In this document: positions 56,765 through 64,000 of the stretch, one piece after another
Layout of the letters: the number at the start of each line of letters is the position of its first letter
Numbering within the stretch: the stretch's first letter is position 1
DNA from: a virus
Virus record (IMG/VR): IMGVR_UViG_3300009703_000014
Coordinates: 2,236 to 66,235 of that record
Length of the DNA: 64,000 nt
Strand: one strand, 5' to 3'
The notes under the pieces: generated by a model
Database searches by the model: none
Told to the model about the DNA's origin: nothing
Seen by the model: the letters and a program-made list of their open reading frames with translations, nothing else
Program-made: the position numbers and the translations under genes

Positions 56765-56852
56765 CTGGAGCAGAAGGAATCGAACCCCCATGGACTTGTT
56801 AAATCCGCTACCTAAACAGGGTAGTGCGTCTGCCAAATTCCGCCATACTCCA
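56765..56852 (-). tRNA. Atypical tRNA-Asn(GUU) with long variable arm
   Basis: Acceptor TGGAGTA/TGCTCCA plus G73; Leu-like D arm GCGGAATTTGGCAGACGC; anticodon arm CTACC-CT[GTT]TA-GGTAG; variable stem GGATTT/AAGTCC; T loop TTCGATT. Confidence 0.7.
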
Positions 56853-56865
56853 ATTTAATCCTATT

Positions 56866-57897
56866 CTAATGTGTTTCTAACCATTCTTTTTCTTCTTTCA
56901 TACCTTGAACTGACCAACCATCCCAATATCTTTCGTGAGATAACTCTGTATTTAAATATTCAAGTCTTTTTTCGGCTTGTTTTCTTGACGCTGGTTTTTC
57001 TTTATTCATTCTATTTCCTATCCATTTTTCTAAATCCATAGTAGGCTTCCAATCAAAACATTCCATCATCTGGCTACTATCGAGTAATGTTTCTTTGGGT
57101 TCTACTCTTGGTGGGATATTTGTTGTTTCACCGCCTATCCATTCTGCTATCTGATTAACAGAATAATTTTTACCATACCCTACATTTAATGTTGCACCTA
57201 TAAGTGGGCTCTCATAAAAAGCAACTTGTATATTAGCCTCAACTATATCACCAACATAAATAAAATCTCTTCGTTGTTCTCCATTCCCAACAATAGTTAA
57301 CTTTTCACCTTTAGCTTTTTGCTGTTCAAATATTCCCATCACATTACAATAAGCACCTTCTGTCGGTTGACCCTCACCATACGCATTTGAATATCTTAAA
57401 CATACAGTTGACAAATCATATAAATCTGAATACATTTTACAATATTGTTCATTCATCAATTTATTTAATGCATATGGACTCATTGGGTCAGTCTTCATAC
57501 TCTCGTGAGTTGGTATTTTAGCTTCTCCATATACCGCTGATGAAGATGTCAAAACAACTCTCTTAACCTTATGTTCTCTACAAAACTCTAACAAATGAAT
57601 TGTTGTATTTACATTCATATTATGTGAATGTAATGGTTGCTCTATTGATGGTTCAACTCTTGGAAATGCGGCTAAATGAAAAACTATTTCTGGTATCTTA
57701 TTCATTTTTTCTAAGCGTCTTCCCCAAAATTCCATATCTTGTACATCTGCACTTATATAAGTACACCCATCTTGCTCATTACCTCTTCTACCGCTACTAT
57801 AGTTATCAATAGAAACTACCTTGTGACCATCTTTCAATAATCGTGTAACTATATGTGTTCCTATAAAACCTGCACCACCAGTAACTAAACATCGCAT
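56866..57897 (-). CDS. NAD-dependent sugar epimerase/dehydratase (extended SDR) (343 aa)
   Basis: VTGGAGFIG, FHLAA, SSSAVYG, YALNK (YxxxK), LRYSNAYG, RDFIYVGD. Confidence 0.9.
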   Translation of the reverse strand: MRCLVTGGAGFIGTHIVTRLLKDGHKVVSIDNYSSGRRGNEQDGCTYISADVQDMEFWGRRLEKMNKIPEIVFHLAAFPRVEPSIEQPLHSHNMNVNTTIHLLEFCREHKVKRVVLTSSSAVYGEAKIPTHESMKTDPMSPYALNKLMNEQYCKMYSDLYDLSTVCLRYSNAYGEGQPTEGAYCNVMGIFEQQKAKGEKLTIVGNGEQRRDFIYVGDIVEANIQVAFYESPLIGATLNVGYGKNYSVNQIAEWIGGETTNIPPRVEPKETLLDSSQMMECFDWKPTMDLEKWIGNRMNKEKPASRKQAEKRLEYLNTELSHERYWDGWSVQGMKEEKEWLETH

Positions 57898-57898
57898 T

Positions 57899-58801
57899 TT
57901 AAGGTAATAATCCTTGTAATTTCATAGCTCTTACCATTCTAGTTACGCCAATACCTCCACCAAATCTATCAAACATATTTAAGGATAGATACTCTTCCAA
58001 TTCATCTTCAACTCTTTTTCTACCAAAGTGATTGAACAATAAATTGGCATATTCACCATCTGAAATTGTGTGGAACTGATGCCGCATTTCTGAAACATTT
58101 GAACTTCTTTCAGCACTTCCAATTGTTTCCATTCCGTGCATTATAACGTCTACCTTATGAAACAGGTCAGGGTCAACGCTGCTTTGTTTCATATTCCAGA
58201 ACGGATGTGTTCTTTGTGGAAAATGCGTTAAGAAGGTACAGTCTGTATAGTCACTACAAAGTTTTTCTTCCTCATCTACATCTAGTTCAGAAACAGCATA
58301 CTTAGTAGCCGCATCGTTGTATTTAATATTTGAAAAATCGAGACTTTCCCCGAAACCTAGGTGGGTTAGTAACTCCTCTTCAAGCTTGATCATATCAGTC
58401 ATATCTCCATGAGATTCAAACTCAAACATGGGGAAGATCTTGTCATGTCTACCCGGGATTGGGTTAGGCTCATTTCTATATGAGGTTGTTATGCAAAACA
58501 CTCCTTCTACTTCTGGGTTTTCTAAAAGCTCTCGTTCTAGCCACATTTGCCCTGTCTGTGGCAGTGGCCAATTCGTTCCGCCAAAAATATATTGTGAAAT
58601 TGTTGCTGGGTCCTCGCAAGCTGCTAGTATTGACTGTCGTGATTGGGCTGGAACTTCGACAAATCCTTTTGCTTCTTGAAAAAAGAAGCGCATCTTTTTT
58701 ACTACTTCATTATATTCATACATATTTTTCAAAGTATTTATTTTCTCCTTGTGTACCCATAAGGGGTAGTCATTGTTATAGTGCTGCCCTCGTAAGGACA
58801 A
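57899..58801 (-). CDS. Truncated AsnRS/AspRS paralogue (archaeal-type asparagine synthetase-like) (up to 300 aa)
   Basis: Class II motif 2 SYRNEPNPIPGRHDKIFPMFEFE and motif 3 RFGGGIGVTRM; no anticodon-binding domain; start may be later. Confidence 0.75.
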   Translation of the reverse strand: MSLRGQHYNNDYPLWVHKEKINTLKNMYEYNEVVKKMRFFFQEAKGFVEVPAQSRQSILAACEDPATISQYIFGGTNWPLPQTGQMWLERELLENPEVEGVFCITTSYRNEPNPIPGRHDKIFPMFEFESHGDMTDMIKLEEELLTHLGFGESLDFSNIKYNDAATKYAVSELDVDEEEKLCSDYTDCTFLTHFPQRTHPFWNMKQSSVDPDLFHKVDVIMHGMETIGSAERSSNVSEMRHQFHTISDGEYANLLFNHFGRKRVEDELEEYLSLNMFDRFGGGIGVTRMVRAMKLQGLLP

Positions 58802-59121
58802 GCTATAGTCGGTATTGTATCAGTTGCAACTTTTGTTTTACTTCTTAGTTGCTGTGGCTTTTTACCGTCAAGCCGTATATATATTCTAATTTTACTGTCA
58901 TCTTCTATATCCGGTTATTGTTTCTAGTACCCATGTTAATGCCCTTAAAAGGGATATGCCTGCGTACAAGCATCAGAGGTATAAAGTTGATATTAAGCGG
59001 GCCAATAAGCGTTTAATCAATGCTATTGGTGTGTTCTTCTTCTGCATATATTTTACTAAAAAATTTTTCATTTAAAAAAAGTGGTTTATTGTTTGTAAGT
59101 TTTCTGTTAAATACAGACCAG

Positions 59122-59194
59122 TGACCCGAGAGCGGCTCGAACGCTCGACCCACTGCTTAAAAGGCCGTTGCTCTACCTGCTGAGCTATCGGGTC
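59122..59194 (-). tRNA. tRNA-Lys(UUU)
   Basis: GACCCGA/TCGGGTC acceptor, GCTC/GAGC D stem, CT[TTT]AA loop, TTCGAGC T loop. Confidence 0.9.
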
Positions 59195-59198
59195 AATA

Positions 59199-59272
59199 TG
59201 GTAGCGGGGCCGGGAATTGCACCCGGGACTCAGGCTTATGAGGCCTACGTTTTACTACTTCACTACCCCGCA
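59199..59272 (-). tRNA. tRNA-Met(CAU) (initiator-like 1:72 mismatch; Ile2 not excluded)
   Basis: TGCGGGG/CCCCGCT acceptor plus encoded ACCA; TAGGC-CT[CAT]AA-GCCTG anticodon arm. Confidence 0.85.
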
Positions 59273-59276
59273 TTTA

Positions 59277-59610
59277 TTGTGGAGACGGCGAGAGTCGAAC
59301 TCGCGTCTTGAAAAACTCTATATAAAAGTCATTCACAAGCTTATCCAGTTGCTCTTCTTCTGGCAAGTCAGCTTAACTGTTCTTATTTAATGTGTCGTAG
59401 TTATAGCAACCAACATCTGATTTACTGTTTTCTCAGGGTCTTTCCGATATGATGTCGCTACCTCTTATCGGAGTAGGAGGGCGACAGGCTGCATATTACT
59501 ACGCTGCCATTGCGTAACTGTTGCCAATTGAAATTGACGTTTGTTTTAACGTGTATACTCACGGCTTGCACTTCTATACGATATTTCCCAATCGAAACCA
59601 AAACGTCCCC
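59277..59610 (-). ncRNA. ssrA: tmRNA, tag peptide (A)GNSYAMAA
   Basis: 5' GGGGACG pairs with 3' CGTCTCC (G3.U70); T arm GCGAG-TTCGACT-CTCGC; tag ORF GGC AAC AGT TAC GCA ATG GCA GCG TAG TAA at 59525-59496. Confidence 0.9.
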
Positions 59611-59768
59611 ATTTAAAAATATAGTTTGCTGCGCTTTTTTCTTATACCTTTTTTGTGAGGGTTTTCACAAAGTATGCCTAGTAAATAAAAAAATTTTGCG
59701 TTAACAATAAAAAAAGTATATACTTAAATATAAGCATTTTAAACTTAAAAAGCCAGGGAGGTATCACA

Positions 59769-60134
59769 ATGTTTAAAAAAATATTTATTAGTTTATTGTT
59801 AGTTTGTTTTGGCGGGGCCGAAGCGGGGGAATGCGCCGAGCAGCCTATTAATGTTTGATTTAAAGTATCTAATGATATAAACGCAGCAAACTATGGCGAG
59901 GCAGTAGCCCTGGACATGCGGGAGGGCGCAAGTTTTTTAAACGGTGACTGGTTTTGTATAGCAGTTAAAGACCTAAATACCGGGGAAGATGTTATAGTGT
60001 CTTTTCCTATAGCAGGGTATTGGGCTGCCCCCTCACCTAAAAGCCTTACAGACTTGGAGAAGGAAATGATGACTTTAGAAGAATATCTACGAAGAACTTA
60101 CAACAAGTCTACTGAATTAAAGCGAGCTAAGTAA
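59769..60134 (+). CDS. Secreted hypothetical protein (121 aa, 1 TGA=Trp)
   Basis: Signal peptide MFKKIFISLLLVCFGGAEA is in frame with the 59916 piece only through TGA 59856. Confidence 0.7.
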
Positions 60135-60165
60135 TGTGAAGTTTTTATAGGCAAAGGGAGGCCAT

Positions 60166-60330
60166 ATGTATTTCGATAAAGAAAAAGAACTAGCCATACA
60201 ATACGTACTAAAATTAAACTTATGTTTGGGTGTATATAATGTGGCTATACTTTTTCTATTTTTTGAAGACATATTTGCTTTTATTATAGGAATGCTAAAT
60301 ATAGGTGTTTGGCTATTTTTTAGAAAGTAA
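60166..60330 (+). CDS. Small membrane protein (54 aa)
   Basis: GGGAGG RBS; two hydrophobic segments. Confidence 0.55.
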   Translation: MYFDKEKELAIQYVLKLNLCLGVYNVAILFLFFEDIFAFIIGMLNIGVWLFFRK

Positions 60331-60406
60331 ATTTTTAATGTAAAAAAAGGGGCGAACCAGAAAGTAGTCTTGGACCCCGCCCCTCTAAGAAATTAGATTG
60401 CTCTAA

Positions 60407-60640
60407 TTACTTTGAGTTCCTGCTATATAATCCCACTAAAATTAATAGTGAAATTACGCCAGCGAACCCAGATGTTCCAAACCCAGTAACAATCGATGTT
60501 AAATTAGTAACAACGCTTGTACCGAATACTGGAGATCCGAAAAGAATCTCTGCTAAAACACCTAGAGCCATAAGGCCAGCAAATAGCTGTGTTAGTCCAA
60601 GAACCCATTCGTTAATGGTGCCAAAAATATTTTTTGTCAT
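60407..60640 (-). CDS. Small Gly-rich membrane protein (77 aa)
   Basis: Two to three hydrophobic helices; GGAG RBS. Confidence 0.7.
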   Translation of the reverse strand: MTKNIFGTINEWVLGLTQLFAGLMALGVLAEILFGSPVFGTSVVTNLTSIVTGFGTSGFAGVISLLILVGLYSRNSK

Positions 60641-60655
60641 CTTAACTCCTGTTTT

Positions 60656-61408
60656 TTATTTAAATGAGTAGCTTACTCTAATGCGAATGTCGTCTCCCGA
60701 TAACTCGCTCGTAATGAAAGCAATTTTTGATATCGAATATCCAACCCCGTACAGAATATCTTCCTCGGAGGTGTATCCAATAGTAGCAAAAGCTCCCTTT
60801 GCAGCTCCAGGATTAATAACTGAGCGAACCCAGTACTCTCCTGAAGTCTCTTCGCTTAAGTCATACTCAAGAGAAGTCGTAAACCCTTTTCCTTTAATAG
60901 TTGCATCTATTAGTTTTGAGGACTCACTACTTGTAGAAAAGCCCGCAAGAATATCCATTCCAAAACGGTTTGTTGTATTAGAAGCTCTAACAGCCCAGTA
61001 GTCTTCACTACCGACTGTAGCTTTTATATCAACAATATAAGCACTAGCTGAAATGCCTACACCGTTTATAGTGCCATGCTCTCGTGGAGCATTTAAAAAC
61101 ACATTAGATCCTGGCCTATGCAAAGTCCAAGCATTGCCATATGCTTCTGGCTGGATACCAAGGGTGAACGTTATATTGAGTGGCGCATTATAAGTGTACC
61201 ACGCTTCCTCTATGTTTATATTACCACTGTCTAAATTTGTGGTAATATTCCAGTTTTTCTCATCAGTTGATAAGGTAACTCGAGTATACATAGAAGAAAA
61301 TGTATCATCACCGCCACTAGTGCTAATATCTGTGGATGTCTCCCCTGATACCGACACTTGCGTGAATGAGAAAGATACAATTGTAAATAAATATAATAAT
61401 TGTTTCAT
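60656..61408 (-). CDS. Putative outer-membrane beta-barrel/porin (250 aa)
   Basis: Signal peptide, alternating amphipathic strands, C-terminal IRVSYSFK. Confidence 0.6.
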   Translation of the reverse strand: MKQLLYLFTIVSFSFTQVSVSGETSTDISTSGGDDTFSSMYTRVTLSTDEKNWNITTNLDSGNINIEEAWYTYNAPLNITFTLGIQPEAYGNAWTLHRPGSNVFLNAPREHGTINGVGISASAYIVDIKATVGSEDYWAVRASNTTNRFGMDILAGFSTSSESSKLIDATIKGKGFTTSLEYDLSEETSGEYWVRSVINPGAAKGAFATIGYTSEEDILYGVGYSISKIAFITSELSGDDIRIRVSYSFK

Positions 61409-61514
61409 ATATTATAATTCCTCGGTTTATTTGTTATGCTAAACCATAGCTTAGCTTTTTTCTTATACCGTAAATATTGTATAAATGGGGATATTTACCT
61501 ATTTTTAAGATAAA

Positions 61515-61862
61515 AAAAGGGCGCGCTCATGAAGAAAAAACCCAGCGTTAGCGAGTTTAAGAAAGGAGAACCATGAGAACGCGCCTATAGAGCACCTTAA
61601 GGCGTGCTCAGACCAAATCGTTGTAAAAAAATGTATGAGGTTTCCCCTGTCGGGCTGCTACTCATACAAGGAGCGGTTTCCCGCCTTTTTTTTCTAATGA
61701 GTTGTTTGCTGTAAGCAGTAAGTTTTGATTCGCCGTGCCATGCCACCCCATGCGCTGGAGATATCGGCATAGCACGTCCCTGCCGGGATCCGTGTTCTTT
61801 TTCCTTATTTGTAAGAGAGAGTGATTGCTGAATGAAACAAATCAAAAATAGACTAAGCGTCC
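61515..61862 (-). ncRNA. Candidate structured ncRNA with its own promoter motif and terminator
   Basis: Hairpins ATAGACTA/TAGTCTAT, GCGG-GAAA-CCGC, TGTATGAG/CTCATACA, GAGCAC/GTGCTC; GGTATAAGAA at 61874; hairpin plus T7 at 61515. Confidence 0.45.
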
Positions 61863-61894
61863 CTAGTCTATTTTTCTTATACCTTATTATATTA

Positions 61895-62291
61895 AAAAAA
61901 GGGGATGCGGGATTGTAGCTATGCGCCGACCTGGCATCCCCACATCCCTGTCGGCCTGTCCGCTGTATTGCGGCAATTATAAAAGTGGTAGGTTAGAAAG
62001 GATTTGCCGTCAGCATTTCAACAATTAGCATCTTATGCTTTGGCAGCTGGAGAAGTCTAGGCTGGTACCTTGCTTTTGACTTCATGGCGAACCGTTTGAG
62101 TTCCTTTCTCATTTGCACGATACAGGCATAGTGCCATTTTATTTTAAGCTTTATTTTAAACTCATCGTACCTACCAGATATAAATCTTAGTAAAACGTCT
62201 GTACTGCCGCGCCCGCAATGGGCAAGTGGAGCTGATTTTTAATATTAAATGTTATACCCCACACGGACTTAGTCGCCAATGTGGGGTATAA
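61895..62291 (-). ncRNA. Candidate structured ncRNA/terminator region downstream of the DUF2828-like gene
   Basis: 12-bp stem TTATACCCCACA/TGTGGGGTATAA; GGTAGG/CCTACC long-range pair; 3' GGGGATGC/GCATCCCC hairpin plus T tract; no credible ORF. Confidence 0.35.
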
Positions 62292-62299
62292 AGTCGAAT

Positions 62300-63685
62300 C
62301 TACGGAACCATGACTTGGTACTTAGCAATCGCAGATTGCATAATTTTCCAAGGATCAAGGTCTTTGGTAAGATCTGCTTTTGCCGCTGTTAAGTTCTCGA
62401 GAACGTGCTGCATAACTGCCGGAGAAAACCCCGAGATTAATGCTACATTTTCAAGACTTGTTACAGGCTGTCCAGCATATCCATTGATGTTCCAGTAGAT
62501 CACTGCAGGCCTGTCAAAGCCAGAATCTACCCATTTCTGGAGGGAGTCTTCGACGACCGTCAGGTCCCCATCGTTCATCTCCGTACACTCATCGAACTGC
62601 ATGTCCGATAAAATCATCAATGCAGTAGGCATTTGATCCTTTCCTATACCAAACATTTTCGCATGCTCCAGGATCTCGTCCAGTCCGCGTGCAATGTTTG
62701 TGCTAAAACCCCAGTCATCGTTATCAATGCGGCGTAAAGCGTCCGCTATTGAGCAGCCTTTCCAAGACTTTAACCTTGGGTTTTCACTAAAGGTCAGGTA
62801 ACGCCTATGCATGTCTCCCGCCAGCTTGTCTGAACAGTACATACCAAGAGATACAGCAACATCCATACAGCTTATAGACCCAGAGGCCGTACAACACATT
62901 GAACCTGACACATCAATCATTGGAAGAATCCGTTCATCTGATTTGATGTAATCTGGAAGTGACTTCCAGAAAGCTTCGATGATAGAATCATCAACCCGCG
63001 CACCAAGAAGTCGTCGCGCTTCGTGAGGAAACGCAGTCGCGGCTGGAATGCCGTTCTTCTCGATATGCAAAAGATACCGATCCTTATCGTTCCGTATGAA
63101 ACTGTTAATGTACCTAACAGAAGCAAGCGAAGGAACCGTGCCGAAATCAATATCCTTCCAGGACTTCGAACACATAAGTGCCTCGACTGTGTCGGAATAA
63201 GCTACCACAAGTTTACGGTACTGCTTAGATGTTAAGTCTAAATGATCTCTAAGTTTAGAGTCTTTACGGCTCATCCATTTTGCGCACAGCGGGTTACTGA
63301 TATTTGCGCCCATTATACTTAAGGCTTGTGCCTCAAGTGAGGTATCATAGAAAGATACCAGATCATCCCATCTACCATACTCTGGAATTAAGTGCATGTT
63401 AGCTACCATCCAAGGACGGACAGCCGTGTTTGATGCTCCTTCATGAAGTATCTCTCTCATTAAAGAGCGGTTTCCCGCACCGCCGCGAGGATCGCGGCTC
63501 CAGAATAATAGCTTAAACGCCAACTCCGGGTCTTCTCTGAAAGCAGAGAACCAATCATTAACGGAACTGTGCTCGTCCGTATAATACTTCGCACCCTGAA
63601 TGGATCCACCCTTGGAGAAAAACTCTAGGGGTGCTTTTAGTTCTGAGCCCATTCTACCCAGATTATGATTAAGTGTTAAAGTCAT
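62300..63685 (-). CDS. DUF2828/TROVE-like vWA protein (461 aa)
   Basis: RDPRGGAGNR, YGRWDD, AKWMSRK, VPSLAS, MIDVSGSM, WGFSTN, ILSDMQFD, SGFSP. Confidence 0.85.
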   Translation of the reverse strand: MTLTLNHNLGRMGSELKAPLEFFSKGGSIQGAKYYTDEHSSVNDWFSAFREDPELAFKLLFWSRDPRGGAGNRSLMREILHEGASNTAVRPWMVANMHLIPEYGRWDDLVSFYDTSLEAQALSIMGANISNPLCAKWMSRKDSKLRDHLDLTSKQYRKLVVAYSDTVEALMCSKSWKDIDFGTVPSLASVRYINSFIRNDKDRYLLHIEKNGIPAATAFPHEARRLLGARVDDSIIEAFWKSLPDYIKSDERILPMIDVSGSMCCTASGSISCMDVAVSLGMYCSDKLAGDMHRRYLTFSENPRLKSWKGCSIADALRRIDNDDWGFSTNIARGLDEILEHAKMFGIGKDQMPTALMILSDMQFDECTEMNDGDLTVVEDSLQKWVDSGFDRPAVIYWNINGYAGQPVTSLENVALISGFSPAVMQHVLENLTAAKADLTKDLDPWKIMQSAIAKYQVMVP

Positions 63686-63773
63686 TTCTAACTCCTTTTC
63701 TTTTTATTTTAAAAAATTTTATTTACTTTATACCTGTATAATATTCTTATACCATTTTTAAGGTAAAAAAGAA

Positions 63774-63980
63774 CTATGTTCTTTTCCCCTTTCTTTTTTC
63801 TAGATTTTTTACAATGCGCCCTAATTTGCTATAGAGCACGAACCCACACACGGAAACTCCCATAATATTCCTAGAAAACAATAGTTTTCTAAATATATAG
63901 AGTGAAGGTTCCTTGCCTCTAAAATAGACAAAGGGTTGGATCCACTTACCAAACATCCGGATATCTACCCGGTACCACAA
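63774..63980 (-). CDS. Hypothetical protein (68 aa)
   Basis: ORF track. Confidence 0.45.
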   Translation of the reverse strand: MWYRVDIRMFGKWIQPFVYFRGKEPSLYIFRKLLFSRNIMGVSVCGFVLYSKLGRIVKNLEKRKGKRT

Positions 63981-64000
63981 TTGTGTGTTTTCTACAAACA

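Noticed and set aside
97-63235. Numerous short antisense ORFs in the track (e.g. 8972-9388, 14947-15462, 41539-42051, 45908-46498)
   Set aside because: Shadows of long genes on the opposite strand; no RBS or family motifs.
1-64000. CRISPR array, rRNA, integrase or IS element
   Set aside because: No regularly spaced repeats, rRNA signatures or recombinase/transposase motifs seen.

Overview
64-kb segment of a large, AT-rich, contractile-tailed (myovirus-type) phage genome. It uses two genetic codes. Plus-strand genes (baseplate, tail fibres, lysis, portal, a fused beta-beta' RNA polymerase, 2OG-Fe(II) oxygenase, PhoH) are full length only if TGA is read as Trp. Minus-strand genes (33.6-42.7 kb and 51-64 kb) carry roughly 80 Trp codons by eye, essentially all TGG, and two of them appear to end on TGA. 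A matching tRNA-Trp(UCA) with an abnormal long variable arm lies directly upstream of the TGA-containing endolysin. Other highlights: (i) a retron-type reverse transcriptase with a structured upstream ncRNA, plus a related ~0.9-kb structured element 2 kb downstream whose ~590-nt GC-rich closed domain could be a second, much larger template; (ii) a 119-aa ORF resembling a single mitochondrial-carrier (Solcar) repeat; (iii) tmRNA, tRNA-Lys, tRNA-Met and an odd class-II-shaped tRNA-Asn next to an AsnRS-like gene; (iv) a repeated GGTATAAGAA promoter-like motif ahead of minus-strand units. All product calls come from motif recognition by eye, not database searches.
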